From positions 25,495-89,494 of the forward strand of contig JAACSN010000005.1 in assembly GCA_009993885.1 (NCBI GenBank): a stretch of DNA of 64,000 nt. Reading direction: 5' to 3'. The stretch's first letter is position 1. Each line of letters begins with the position of its first letter. Position numbers and translations under genes: made by a program. This stretch comes from Alphaproteobacteria bacterium. GTDB taxonomy: Bacteria; Pseudomonadota; Alphaproteobacteria; Caedimonadales; UBA9215. The notes below the pieces were generated by a model that was given only the letters and a program-made list of their open reading frames with translations, did no database searches and was not told the origin of the DNA. Below are positions 1 through 9,196 of this stretch, piece by piece.

Positions 1-1
1 C

Positions 2-1549
2 CAAGAGTTTTTTTCCAACGTTCTTTTACTCGATTCAAAGCATATGGACGCCCAGTTTGAATTGGCCACGGCCTCCTATCACTTGGGTGACCTTAAAACC
101 GCCGCCATGAGCATTGATCGCGTTATGACGGCTCAACCCGATGAAGCGCGCAATATACGCGCGGCAGCTCTCATTTACGCAGCCCTTGGCAGGAAAGAGC
201 AAGCTCAAATTTACCTTGCCAAATATAGTACGTTGCCCATTGGGAAGCGGCACAAGAAATACCTTGAGCGACGTGTACAAGATTGGGAAGATCTTCATAA
301 TTCGGGTCGCCTTGTTGCTCAAGCCGATACTGCGCCGGCAGCCGGGTCGGAAACAGCCCCTGCCCCTGCGGAAACAACTGCAGCCGAACCCGCCGCTGAA
401 ATCGCACCGGAGCCTGTGGCCCCCGCTCCTGCTCCAACGGTCACCCCCGTTGCAGAAGCCCCTAAAGCAGAGCAAGAAAACCAAGTTATCATTAAAGATT
501 TCCAAGAAGATATGATTGTGGTCGACGCTGTGATTATGCGGGTTTCGGAAGCAGGAAAAACATTCAAAGGTAACAATATCATGGAAACTTTCACCATGTC
601 GTTGTCTCCCTTTAACTATTTTAGGGCGCGAAATACTTCAGGTCCAATCGCGGCAGGTGCTCCTATTTTTCCCACAAACAACTCGTCCACATCCAGTAAC
701 ACCTCTCTTGGGGGAGCTGCTGATGCAGGTGAAGCTCTAAAAGGTGGCACAGCCAGCCTCATCACCCAAGGTATTTCCTTTGGAACCCTGAACTATTCCC
801 TTAATATCGCGAACTCCAGCGATGAAGTTGTTGAAATTATTGGACGCCCCACCCTAACCGCAACTGTCGGTAAAGCGGCAGACTTCTTCTCAGGTACAAA
901 TAAACACATTGCCCTTGCAGGCCAATTTGGCGGTAATATTACAGAAACACCTATCGGTACGGAATTAATTGTAACGCCTGTAGAATACAAAGACGGCTTT
1001 ATTACCCTGGACGTCGAACTCAGGGGAAGTAGTATTACCCAAGTGGTCGGAAGTATCATTGCCGATAATTCCACGGCCGTTGAATTTGATATTTTAAAGG
1101 ATCACGTTAAAACAACGGTCAAGGTCAAAGCCGGTGAAACGATAATGTTGGCCGGTATTACCCAACGCGAGCTTAAAACCAGCAAACAGGGTTTCCCCAT
1201 TTTGCAAAATATTCCGGTGATTCAGTACCTCTTTTCCGAAGAAATTTCCCTAAGCGATCGAAAGTCTGTGATGTACCTTTTAACACCGCGAAGTTACAGC
1301 AGAACCATTACGGAAACAAAGCGCTTTTTTGCGAAGGGTGAAGAATACGGTAAACGCCCGCGTCTTGATGAACTCGAAACACGACACAAGGATTGGTATG
1401 ATCCCAGCATCAATAACACACTGATTTTGCAACACCTTGCTCCTGTTTACGATGAATTTAGAACCGGCGACCTCCATGAAATCAAATGGGGTCATGATGA
1501 TGATGTTGCTAAGCAATTAACTTCCATTGCTAATTTCTTATGGTACTAG
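2..1549 (+). CDS. Secretin-family outer-membrane channel (type II secretion / type IV pilus type) with N-terminal TPR-like region; 5' end runs off the window
   Basis: The frame is open from nt 2, with no stop before the first Met at 44. The C-terminal half carries a secretin signature (GETIMLAGITQRELKTSKQGFPILQNIPVIQYLF...SVMYLLTPR). The N-terminus has TPR-like helices followed by a Pro/Ala-rich linker (APAAGSETAPAPAETTAAEPAAEIAPEPVAPAPAP). Confidence 0.75.
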   Translation, partial: QEFFSNVLLLDSKHMDAQFELATASYHLGDLKTAAMSIDRVMTAQPDEARNIRAAALIYAALGRKEQAQIYLAKYSTLPIGKRHKKYLERRVQDWEDLHNSGRLVAQADTAPAAGSETAPAPAETTAAEPAAEIAPEPVAPAPAPTVTPVAEAPKAEQENQVIIKDFQEDMIVVDAVIMRVSEAGKTFKGNNIMETFTMSLSPFNYFRARNTSGPIAAGAPIFPTNNSSTSSNTSLGGAADAGEALKGGTASLITQGISFGTLNYSLNIANSSDEVVEIIGRPTLTATVGKAADFFSGTNKHIALAGQFGGNITETPIGTELIVTPVEYKDGFITLDVELRGSSITQVVGSIIADNSTAVEFDILKDHVKTTVKVKAGETIMLAGITQRELKTSKQGFPILQNIPVIQYLFSEEISLSDRKSVMYLLTPRSYSRTITETKRFFAKGEEYGKRPRLDELETRHKDWYDPSINNTLILQHLAPVYDEFRTGDLHEIKWGHDDDVAKQLTSIANFLWY

Positions 1550-1570
1550 AGTATCAAAAGAACTCTAGAT

Positions 1571-1602
1571 AAAAAAAGAGAGGATAAATCCTCTCTTTTT
1601 TA
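1571..1602. terminator. Bidirectional rho-independent terminator between convergent genes
   Basis: Stem AGAGAGGA (1577-1584), loop TAAA, stem TCCTCTCT (1589-1596). An A-run lies on the left and a T-run on the right. It sits between the secretin stop (1549) and the stop of the minus-strand ORF (1617). Confidence 0.6.
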
Positions 1603-1616
1603 TTCAGATATCCCTG

Positions 1617-2090
1617 TTATTGCATAAAATCGGTAACACGATCTGCTAAGTCCGAATTCTTGGCGGCAATTAGACGTCTATGTGTCGGAGCAAGAAAACG
1701 GCTGTAAATCGTTATTTTTTGCATCTCAAGGTAATCTTCATCTAACGGATTGGAACCCCTCAAGCTGTTGTAAAAACAGTGAATATGCTCCGTTTCTTTT
1801 TCAACGGACAAGCGGCGCGCCGGCTTATCCGAATCTAAAGCTTCCTCATAGCCGTCATAAATTGCCGACCACCCGACTTTAAAATCATCCCACAGATCAT
1901 TATGAACCAAAGATTTAAACCCTTTTAGAAATTCTTCCAAAGAATAGGGAACGTCACGCATGGGAAAAACCTCGTCCACACTAGGTATCTTAACAAGGAC
2001 ATCCTCTACCTCTAAAACATTTTCAGATGACGACGCATTTGCAGACAAAGGACACATCAAGAGCATTACAGTAATTAGTATTTTTTTCAT
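1617..2090 (-). CDS. Hypothetical secreted protein (157 aa)
   Basis: The N-terminal signal peptide is MKKILITVMLLMCPLSANA. I recognise no conserved domain. Confidence 0.5.
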   Translation of the reverse strand: MKKILITVMLLMCPLSANASSSENVLEVEDVLVKIPSVDEVFPMRDVPYSLEEFLKGFKSLVHNDLWDDFKVGWSAIYDGYEEALDSDKPARRLSVEKETEHIHCFYNSLRGSNPLDEDYLEMQKITIYSRFLAPTHRRLIAAKNSDLADRVTDFMQ

Positions 2091-2189
2091 AGACTTAACC
2101 TCCTCGAGAGTTATTTTTTGAGCTTAATAACATTGCCTTTTAAAAACAAGCCTATATGATGAAAAGATAGCTTATACAGGGTTTTACTA

Positions 2190-2879
2190 ATGTCTCCGGT
2201 TCTCTTTTTTCGACACGTTGCAACGAAACGTCTCAAGGCATTCAGCCTTGTAGAACTTGCCATATCTCTTGTTATCATCGGTCTGCTCATTGGCGGGATT
2301 CTAAAGGGTCAGGAACTTCTTGAAAGCGCTCGCCTAAAAACCATTATGACTCAGCTGAACCAATATCGTCTAGCCGCAAATACCTTTGTTGATCGTTACG
2401 GAGCTCTTCCCGGGGATTATGATAAAGCCTCTTCGTACCTAAAAGCAGGTCTTAAAAACGGCAATAACAACGGCATGATTGAAGGCTTCGGCCTTTCCGC
2501 CTCCGGAGGCGCTTCCGGCCATGAAGCTCTCTCTTTTTGGGAGCACCTTGCCGCCGCGGAACTCCTCCCCAACAGTACACCGCCCTCCACCAAGTTAGGC
2601 GGCCTTGTGACCGTTGCCTATGCACCGCTCGACGGCATGCAAGGACATTGGTTTGTGATCGGGAATGCCAACGGCAGTAAAAATGACGGCGCTCTTTTAA
2701 CCCCTCTTCAATGTCTGACCATTGCTAAAAAACTGGATACGGAAGACCCTTTTTCCGGCAACGTCCAAATTAGGAACGGAGTTCAAAAAGGAGGAAAGGG
2801 CGGGCACTGCTTAAAAGATAATAAAATCTTGAATACGGCAACAAAAGATCCGGCTTGTGTCCTTTATGTTAAACTTTAG
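2190..2879 (+). CDS. Prepilin-type N-terminal cleavage/methylation domain protein (pilin or pseudopilin)
   Basis: The class III signal motif is KA|FSLVELAISLVIIGLLIGGIL, with Glu at +5 and a hydrophobic helix. The gene lies close to the secretin gene. Confidence 0.75.
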   Translation: MSPVLFFRHVATKRLKAFSLVELAISLVIIGLLIGGILKGQELLESARLKTIMTQLNQYRLAANTFVDRYGALPGDYDKASSYLKAGLKNGNNNGMIEGFGLSASGGASGHEALSFWEHLAAAELLPNSTPPSTKLGGLVTVAYAPLDGMQGHWFVIGNANGSKNDGALLTPLQCLTIAKKLDTEDPFSGNVQIRNGVQKGGKGGHCLKDNKILNTATKDPACVLYVKL

Positions 2880-3681
2880 AAAACATTTCCGCGCCCCTAA
2901 AATACAAGCTTTTTCTCTGATCGAGATGTCTCTTGTCTTAGCTATCATGGGAACCCTTGCCAGTCTCTCTTTGCCGATGCTTCTGGACTATAAAAGCACG
3001 CAAAAACGCCAACATACAACAAAACATATCGACCTTGTTTTATCGGCAACGGGGACTTTTGCCGCAGCACACCGTGTTCTTCCTTGCCCGGCTTCGAAAA
3101 CCTCTAGGGGGGAACCCGTTGTCTGCACAACCGAAACCCTTAATCTTGCCACAGGTTATGTCCCCTATAAAACCCTTGGTTTAAGTGAGGCCTCTAGCAA
3201 AGACGGCTTTGGCAATCCGTTGCGTTATGCCATAAACCCTCGGCTTTCTTCCCATGAAACTTTTTATGACAATACACATATATCGCCTCTAAAAGTTGTT
3301 GATAATGAGGAAAGAAGTGTTTTTGACCTTCAAAACGATAAAGATAAATTAGCGGTAGTTGTCTTGAGCGAAGGAGAAGCTTTTCGAACCCCCCAAAGCT
3401 CTTTTGAGCGTCGGAACACGGACGAAAGGCTGACTTTTGTAGAGGCTCCCTATTCCGTCAATAAAGAAAATCCCTTTCGCCACATTGTGCGCTGGAGCAC
3501 CCGTAATAATTTATTAACTTACTACGGAAAGTCTGCACCGCTTTCTCAACCGCAAAATGCTTTAGAAAATAATCAGGACGACAGGAGACTGCCCCGGATA
3601 GTGCCTCATGACAGGATTGTGCCCCCTCCTCGGAATCCGCTTCAAAACCCGTTAGGCGGGGATTTTGAGAGTATTTTTTAA
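2857..3681 (+). CDS. Prepilin-type N-terminal cleavage/methylation domain protein (second pseudopilin)
   Basis: The motif is QA|FSLIEMSLVLAIMGTLASLSL. The ORF-track start is GTG at 2857, and ATG at 2866 is an alternative. The gene overlaps the end of the preceding pilin gene. Confidence 0.7.
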   Translation: MSFMLNFRKHFRAPKIQAFSLIEMSLVLAIMGTLASLSLPMLLDYKSTQKRQHTTKHIDLVLSATGTFAAAHRVLPCPASKTSRGEPVVCTTETLNLATGYVPYKTLGLSEASSKDGFGNPLRYAINPRLSSHETFYDNTHISPLKVVDNEERSVFDLQNDKDKLAVVVLSEGEAFRTPQSSFERRNTDERLTFVEAPYSVNKENPFRHIVRWSTRNNLLTYYGKSAPLSQPQNALENNQDDRRLPRIVPHDRIVPPPRNPLQNPLGGDFESIF

Positions 3682-4904
3682 GACATTTTCGTTAGTTTTC
3701 CTAGGGTAATTTTAAGACGTTCGAGGGATTTCTCAAGGGTATTTCTGTCCGTTGCATAAGAAATCCTAAAATGGGGAGAACGTCCAAAAGCACTGCCCGG
3801 TACGGTCGCGACACCTGCTTCATCCAAAAGATAAGCACAGAAATCTTCATCGCTCTCGATATGATCTCCATGGGGTGTGGTTGCTCCCATATAGTCTGAA
3901 CAAGAGGGGTAAGCATAAAAAGTTCCATGGGGTACAAGGCACTGAAGACCGTCAATTTCGTTAAGCCCTGCAACCACAAAATCCCGTCTGTCTTGAAATT
4001 CTTGCACCCATTGTTTTAAGAAATCTTGAGGTCCTTCAAGGGCCGCAAGAGCCGCTGCCTGTGAAATAGAACACGCATTTGACGTGCTTTGAGATTGCAA
4101 AACGGACATAGCTTTAATAAGCCATAAAGGCCCTCCGGCATAACCGATGCGCCAACCGGTCATTGAATAAGACTTTGAAACACCATTCAACATTAAGGTA
4201 CGATCTTTAAGCTCTTTTTCTATATCCGCAAGGGCATGAAACTTATTGCCGTCAAACGTAATATGCTCATAAATATCATCACTCATAATTAAGACATGGG
4301 GGTGACGGCGAAGTACCTGAGCCAACTGCCACAACTCGTCATAACTATACATGGCTCCCGTCGGGTTAGAGGGAGAATTTAAAATAAACCATTTGGTTTT
4401 CGCCGTAATGGCCTTTTCCAATTGCTCGGGGGTGACTTTAAAGCCTTGGGATTGGGGACAAGACAGAAATACCGGCGTCCCTTCGGCAATTTCAACAATA
4501 TCGGGATAGGAAACCCAATAGGGGTCGGGAATGATAACTTCATCCCCCCTGTTGACCGTTGCCAAAATTGCATTGAAAATAATCTGCTTTCCGCCTGTTC
4601 CCACAATAATCTCATTAGGCGTATAATCCACATGATTATCTCGTGCAAATTTTGTCACAATAGCTTGGCGCAGCTCCGGTGTGCCGGCAACTGCCGTGTA
4701 CTTTGTTTGTCCGGCAGCCATAGCCTTTGTTGCAGCCTCACAAACCCACGGCGGCGTATCAAAATCAGGCTCTCCTGCCGTTAAAGACAAGATATCTTTA
4801 CCCAACGCCCGAAGTTCTGCCGCTTTTTGAGTCAGGGCAAGGGTCGGAGACGGTTTAATTGTTGCAAGGCGGTGAGCAATAAAAGGATGGGGGGCTGTCA
4901 TCAA
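3678..4904 (-). CDS. Aspartate aminotransferase (class I PLP-dependent aminotransferase)
   Basis: The full-length 408-aa product has the PLP-lysine region NGVSKSYSMTGWRIGY plus SPSNPTG and the typical AspAT N-terminus (IKPSPTLALTQKAAELRALGKDILSLTAGEPDFDTP). Confidence 0.9.
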   Translation of the reverse strand: MMTAPHPFIAHRLATIKPSPTLALTQKAAELRALGKDILSLTAGEPDFDTPPWVCEAATKAMAAGQTKYTAVAGTPELRQAIVTKFARDNHVDYTPNEIIVGTGGKQIIFNAILATVNRGDEVIIPDPYWVSYPDIVEIAEGTPVFLSCPQSQGFKVTPEQLEKAITAKTKWFILNSPSNPTGAMYSYDELWQLAQVLRRHPHVLIMSDDIYEHITFDGNKFHALADIEKELKDRTLMLNGVSKSYSMTGWRIGYAGGPLWLIKAMSVLQSQSTSNACSISQAAALAALEGPQDFLKQWVQEFQDRRDFVVAGLNEIDGLQCLVPHGTFYAYPSCSDYMGATTPHGDHIESDEDFCAYLLDEAGVATVPGSAFGRSPHFRISYATDRNTLEKSLERLKITLGKLTKMS

Positions 4905-4984
4905 AAGGCTTCCGTTGAGTTATTTTAACCTTCTTACTATAACACTTCAAAGGAATGCACAACAGAGCCTCAATACTTTTCGGC

Positions 4985-5362
4985 TCAAATTTCTTGGTAT
5001 TTGTGAGGTTGAGAGCGGCAATGCGCAACAAGGCGATCTTCGTCTTTAAGGTCAATGATCTCGGCAAAAACACGACGTTCAAAACCGCCCCTCTTTTGCT
5101 GTTTATTAGCCTGAGCCTCTGAAATATCCGTTTTTGAGAAACCCAGATTTTTAGCCAAGGCTTCTATGATGTCTTGGGCATCGGCAAGCTCTTCAAGAAC
5201 TTCTTCCAAGGTAGCCGCTGCCATAACTTCTTCTGCTTCTTCAACAAGTTTCCGTTTAAGTTCATGGGTAAACTCGCTTTTAGACAACACGCGAATGCCC
5301 TGCCAATGATCAAGATCGGCAAATTTATCTCTAATAAGCTTACGAACAAGGAATTTAGGCAT
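4985..5362 (-). CDS. MazG-superfamily nucleotide pyrophosphohydrolase (phosphoribosyl-ATP pyrophosphohydrolase-like small protein)
   Basis: KLIRDKF...LVEEAEEV...EELADAQDIIEALA...KQQKRGGFERRVF matches the house-cleaning NTP pyrophosphatase pattern as I recall it. Confidence 0.55.
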   Translation of the reverse strand: MPKFLVRKLIRDKFADLDHWQGIRVLSKSEFTHELKRKLVEEAEEVMAAATLEEVLEELADAQDIIEALAKNLGFSKTDISEAQANKQQKRGGFERRVFAEIIDLKDEDRLVAHCRSQPHKYQEI

Positions 5363-5402
5363 AAAGAACTTAACGTTATGGGGGGATCATGACCAAAAAA
5401 AA

Positions 5403-5479
5403 TGGTCGGGGTGGAGAGATTCGAACTCCCGACATCCTGCTCCCAAAGCAGGCGCGCTACCAGGCTGCGCTACACCCCG
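5403..5479 (-). tRNA. tRNA-Pro (anticodon UGG), CCA encoded
   Basis: The reverse complement reads CGGGGTGTAGCGCAGCCTGGTAGCGCGCCTGCTTTGGGAGCAGGATGTCGGGAGTTCGAATCTCTCCACCCCGACCA. It folds by hand into a 77-nt cloverleaf with a 7-bp acceptor stem, D stem GCGC/GCGC, anticodon stem CCTGC/GCAGG, loop TTTGGGA and T-loop TTCGAAT. Confidence 0.93.
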
Positions 5480-5537
5480 ACTGATATCTTCTAATTACAC
5501 CATAGCGCAGAAGACATCAAGGTATTTTTTGAAAAAT

Positions 5538-6890
5538 TTACGCAGCTTTTTTCCGTATCGCTTCCCGCTTAAAAGCATTGTGAGCATAATAAAGGAGAAT
5601 ACAATTCGGCAAGCATACAAGGGCTGTGAGGAGATAATAATCACTCCAGATCAGATGATCCGCTGCCCATCCCGAAAAATAAGAAAAAATAACACGGGCA
5701 AAGGAGGCAATAGACGTTAGGAAAGCAAAATGAGCGCCCGCGTGCTCGCTCCGACAGATCATGGATAAATAAGTAATAAAAGCCGCAAACCCCATACCGT
5801 TAGACAAATTATCTAATCCGATGGTTGCAAACAAAAAATAAATATTATGGCCTACTTGGGTTTGAACATAAAAGAAAACAGCCGATGTAAGTTGTAAAAC
5901 GGCACACAAAAAGAGAGTTTGCCTTAAGGGACGTTGGCTTAAAAGAACCCCTGCAAAAAGCCCCCCCGCAATCATAGCGCCGATACCGAAGGATTTACCG
6001 ACGTGGGCGATCTCAATTTTACTAAAGCCGATTTCTAACATAAAAGGCACAGCCATAACATTTAAAGCCGTATCGGCTAATTTAAAAAAGATAATGTAAG
6101 AAAAAATCACCCCCCAATCCGTGCGGCCTTTTAAATGGGTCGCCGTTTTCTTAAAACTTTGGAAAATCGCGTTGAGGATTCCCCGCAAAGGGCGTGGCGT
6201 CTTCTTAAGGGAAAGAATGTTCTCGAGGGAGCGTTCTATGTTCGGCTCATGACTCAACAGAGCTGTCACGATGCCAAGCAACATGCACGCCGCCATAAAT
6301 CCGTAAACGGCAGCCCAAGAAAAAGAGGAGGCCAAATAAAGGGCTCCTGCTCCCGATGCCCACATTCCCAAACGATACCCGAGGTTTGAGGCTCCGGCTC
6401 CAAGACCCACTTCATTATCTTCCAACCGCTCCACACGATAGGCTTCAACGCCGATGTCTTGGGTGGCCGAAAAGAAGGAAACCCCGAGGGCTGCAAGGGC
6501 TGTTGAAAAAATATTTTGAGCAGGATTTGTATTCCCGAGAATAACAAGGGCAACCATCAACATAAGTTGGCTTAAAATCATCCATGCCTTTCGGTGCCCC
6601 AAAAGCCGTCCCAGAACGGGAACTCGGAATTGGTCAATAAGCGGAGCCCAGATGAATTTTAAGCTATAAGGTAGAGTCACAAGGGCAAACAAGCCGATGG
6701 TGGTTTTGTTTACTCCCACTTCGGTGAGCCACACATGCAGGGTGGCAAGGGTAAGTAAAAAAGGAAGGCCGCTCGCAAAACCAAGAAAAAGGATTCCTAA
6801 AATACGGGGTTCTCGATAGAGGGCCGCAGAATGCAACCAAGCCTTTTTAGATTCTTTTTCAGGTGCTTTCTGTAAATAACGAGAATCCAT
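5538..6890 (-). CDS. ampG: AmpG-family muropeptide MFS transporter
   Basis: The 450-aa polytopic membrane protein has an AmpG-like N-terminus (LGILFLGFASGLPFLLTLATLHVWLTEVGV) and IWAPLID. Confidence 0.8.
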   Translation of the reverse strand: MDSRYLQKAPEKESKKAWLHSAALYREPRILGILFLGFASGLPFLLTLATLHVWLTEVGVNKTTIGLFALVTLPYSLKFIWAPLIDQFRVPVLGRLLGHRKAWMILSQLMLMVALVILGNTNPAQNIFSTALAALGVSFFSATQDIGVEAYRVERLEDNEVGLGAGASNLGYRLGMWASGAGALYLASSFSWAAVYGFMAACMLLGIVTALLSHEPNIERSLENILSLKKTPRPLRGILNAIFQSFKKTATHLKGRTDWGVIFSYIIFFKLADTALNVMAVPFMLEIGFSKIEIAHVGKSFGIGAMIAGGLFAGVLLSQRPLRQTLFLCAVLQLTSAVFFYVQTQVGHNIYFLFATIGLDNLSNGMGFAAFITYLSMICRSEHAGAHFAFLTSIASFARVIFSYFSGWAADHLIWSDYYLLTALVCLPNCILLYYAHNAFKREAIRKKAA

Positions 6891-7042
6891 AAAAAATGGG
6901 CCCCAACTTAATTCTTAAAACGCATATTACTCCAGTCTAACGCTTTTTATGCAAGATGCCAACTTATATGCGTCTTTTGGCAAAAATCCCTTTTTTCCTT
7001 GCAAAACCCCAAGGGGTTTGACATACTCCGTGAGCATTATGG

Positions 7043-7576
7043 GTGTTTTATAAAATGACTGAAAAAAGTAGATTCAAAAGCTTTGAAGAACTCACGGCGA
7101 AATCACGCAAGAGTACTGAAAAAACCCTAAAACCCCGCCGGGGCAGTCGTTATGAGCGCTACCGTGTCGCACGCTTGATGGCTGTGCAAGCTGCCTATGA
7201 AGCAAATCAAAACCGCCTTCCCTATCAGCGAGTTACAAAAAGTTTTCTTGAATTTCGCTTTAAAAATCACGACCACCCTATCATTCCCGACCGTGAACTT
7301 TTCCTCCACCTCATGAAGAGTCTTGAAACACGCAAAGATCAAATCGACGATATTCTCGAAAAAATCGTCGTCGGCACATGGACTCTTGAGGCCTTAGATG
7401 CCGTCTTAAAAAGCATTCTGACTGTTGGCATTGCGGAACTCCTTGATCCCTATAAAGATGCCCCAAAGCCCCTTTTGATTAGCGAATATGTTGAGGTGGG
7501 CAAAGGATTTTTTGATGATAAAGAAGCAGGATATATCAATAGGGCTCTGGATAGTGTCCTTAAAAAACTCTCCTAG
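7043..7576 (+). CDS. nusB: Transcription antitermination factor NusB
   Basis: RVARLMAVQAAYE...LDAVLKSILTVGIAELL...EYVEVGKGFFDDKEAGYINRALDSV is the typical NusB pattern. The start may be the Met at 7055. Confidence 0.85.
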   Translation: MFYKMTEKSRFKSFEELTAKSRKSTEKTLKPRRGSRYERYRVARLMAVQAAYEANQNRLPYQRVTKSFLEFRFKNHDHPIIPDRELFLHLMKSLETRKDQIDDILEKIVVGTWTLEALDAVLKSILTVGIAELLDPYKDAPKPLLISEYVEVGKGFFDDKEAGYINRALDSVLKKLS

Positions 7577-7674
7577 CTAGAAAAGCTCCCGCTTTCTTAA
7601 AGGAAATCGTATTAAAGGCTAGTCCTTCTTTTCCTTTTTATAGAAACTTTGAATGCAAAAAATCTCTGAAAAAT

Positions 7675-8256
7675 TCACGGTGTCCCCTTTTCACGAGCCG
7701 CTTTAAAGGCATTCCCGTACCAGCTAAGCTCTTTGATAAATTGGTTAGATTTTTTTGTAAGGGAGTCATCAAGGCTTTTCCCGTCTTCATCCAATTTATT
7801 CTGAATCATCCCGATACCGAAAATTGTCGGAATGGGGCTCATCCCAAAAATACAAAGGGTTGTTAACAGATGCATCGATACGCGCGCCCCACCCAAGGCT
7901 CCCATGGAATAGGTGACTAAACCGACGGGTTTGTGAAAAAATTCTATATAAAAATGATCCATTAAGTTCATCAGACCCGGTTGCATAGTGCCGTTGTATT
8001 CGCCGGAAACAATCACAAATACATCCGTCTTATTTTGCAATAAATCATGCAGCTCTTCCATTTCCCGCGGTGCCGTACCGGTTTCATAGTCAATATAGCG
8101 TTTTTTTAAAATCGGAAAATCATAAGCCATTGCATCCACAAAAGTAACAATATGTCCTTGAGACTTCAAAGCTTTTTGGAGATGCCTAACGGCTTTAATT
8201 CCTTGGCGGCCTTCTCGATAAGAGCCGTAAAGAAGAGTAATATGAAGAGCCGTCAT
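7675..8256 (-). CDS. NAD(P)H-dependent FMN reductase family oxidoreductase
   Basis: The flavodoxin-like N-terminus ITLLYGSYREGRQG and the SGEYNGTMQPGLMNLMDH pattern are typical of the FMN_red family. Confidence 0.75.
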   Translation of the reverse strand: MTALHITLLYGSYREGRQGIKAVRHLQKALKSQGHIVTFVDAMAYDFPILKKRYIDYETGTAPREMEELHDLLQNKTDVFVIVSGEYNGTMQPGLMNLMDHFYIEFFHKPVGLVTYSMGALGGARVSMHLLTTLCIFGMSPIPTIFGIGMIQNKLDEDGKSLDDSLTKKSNQFIKELSWYGNAFKAAREKGTP

Positions 8257-8423
8257 TGCACTTTACTCATGCAAACGTGAATTTCAAACTTAGAACCTAT
8301 AAGCTTAGGCCACATATGTTGGGAGTGAATCCCCCTTTTTATATCATTTTTCATCAAACCGAAAGGCTCCTGTTTTTCATATCCTTTGATTCTATTATAG
8401 ATAGATTGATAATCCGTTAAAAG

Positions 8424-8458
8424 AACAAAAAAATGCCGTCGACCAAGCAACAGCATTT
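8424..8458 (-). terminator. Possible rho-independent terminator downstream of the Cys-rich protein gene
   Basis: On the minus strand the sequence reads AATGCTG-12 nt loop-CGGCATT followed by a T-run. The stem includes one G-U pair and the loop is long. Confidence 0.35.
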
Positions 8459-8487
8459 TAAGAAAGTTATAAAAAACCTTTATAAAG

Positions 8488-8811
8488 TTACATTTTATTC
8501 ACGCAATTTTTAACATCGTTCGGAGGGCACATTAACTTACAGGCCTCACCGACTTTTTTCTTTGTACCTGATTTTCCACAAGTAAAACGACCGCATCCCT
8601 TTTGGCAAAGAAGTTTGATGGCTGTTTTTGCCTTTGAATCCGCAATATCATCATAATTCTTAGAGGCTTGATAAGCCTTTGCGGCATTAAAATATCCCTT
8701 TGCTTTCTCGGCATAGCCCATTGCCGTTTCGGTCAGACCTGCAGAAGCCTCTTGAACACCCGTAAAGGCTAGCAAAAATGCAAAACTTATTAGTTTGACT
8801 ATTTTTTTCAT
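8488..8811 (-). CDS. Small secreted cysteine-rich protein (107 aa), unknown function
   Basis: The signal peptide is MKKIVKLISFAFLLAFTGVQEASA. The C-terminal half is Lys-rich and has 7 Cys (CQKGCGRFTCGKSG...CKLMCPPNDVKNC). Confidence 0.55.
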   Translation of the reverse strand: MKKIVKLISFAFLLAFTGVQEASAGLTETAMGYAEKAKGYFNAAKAYQASKNYDDIADSKAKTAIKLLCQKGCGRFTCGKSGTKKKVGEACKLMCPPNDVKNCVNKM

Positions 8812-8863
8812 TTCATTATATCTCCTGTTTTCAATAGAATATCTTATTTATTAACTTTAATTA

Positions 8864-8878
8864 TTAATAAATAGTTAA
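8864..8878. promoter_or_regulatory. TTAA-N7-TTAA motif (CtrA-box consensus) upstream of the Cys-rich protein gene
   Basis: TTAATAAATAGTTAA lies 53-67 nt upstream of the ATG at 8811 on the minus strand. The surrounding sequence is very AT-rich, so a chance match is plausible. Confidence 0.3.
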
Positions 8879-9123
8879 ATTATAATTGTAATGATTGATT
8901 TTTCCTTAAGGTGTTGAAAAAAATGACTCCTTAAAAATTTTATAAAAGAAAAGTGAGTCAATCGGTTGCCTAAGACAGTTTCTTGCCTACCTACGATTCT
9001 CCGGCCCTGACACTCACCAATACCCTCGGTCAATTTATTGATAAACGCCATAGAGCGGACGGTCTTATCCGAATTCCGAGATTCCTCCATCCCGTGCCTT
9101 TCATGGGAGAATTAAAGATTTTT

Positions 9124-9138
9124 TTAATTAGGATTTAA
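9124..9138. promoter_or_regulatory. TTAA-N7-TTAA motif (CtrA-box consensus) upstream of the YjeF_N gene
   Basis: TTAATTAGGATTTAA lies 59-73 nt upstream of the ATG at 9197. Confidence 0.25.
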
Positions 9139-9196
9139 TGCTTTATAAAGCTTTTGTTCCTATACTGGAATTAAGCGTAGGATTCCGGAGGTCTCT

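Noticed and set aside
35-597. Several ORFs (156, 124, 88 and 92 aa) overlapping the 5' part of the secretin gene
   Set aside because: They lie in the Pro/Ala-rich, GC-rich linker region, where every frame stays open. Their translations are low-complexity, and the secretin frame explains the region.
3678-3681. Convergent pseudopilin and aminotransferase genes sharing overlapping stop codons within TTAA
   Set aside because: The overlap is real but trivial. It reflects compact gene packing and has no functional implication I can support.
8253-8456. 67-aa ORF whose stop overlaps the FMN-reductase start (ATGA), suggesting translational coupling
   Set aside because: Its only ATG sits inside the stem of the putative terminator of the upstream gene. 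No RBS is visible and I recognise no homology. I left it unannotated, but it could be re-examined with expression data.
8875-9090. 71-aa minus-strand ORF and possible ncRNA in the 385-nt spacer before the YjeF_N gene, including the hairpin TCCCGTG-CCTTT-CATGGGA at about 9091-9109
   Set aside because: The ORF has no RBS or recognisable motif. I could not match the spacer to SRP RNA, 6S, tmRNA or riboswitch consensus elements by eye, and the hairpin lacks an adjacent T-run.
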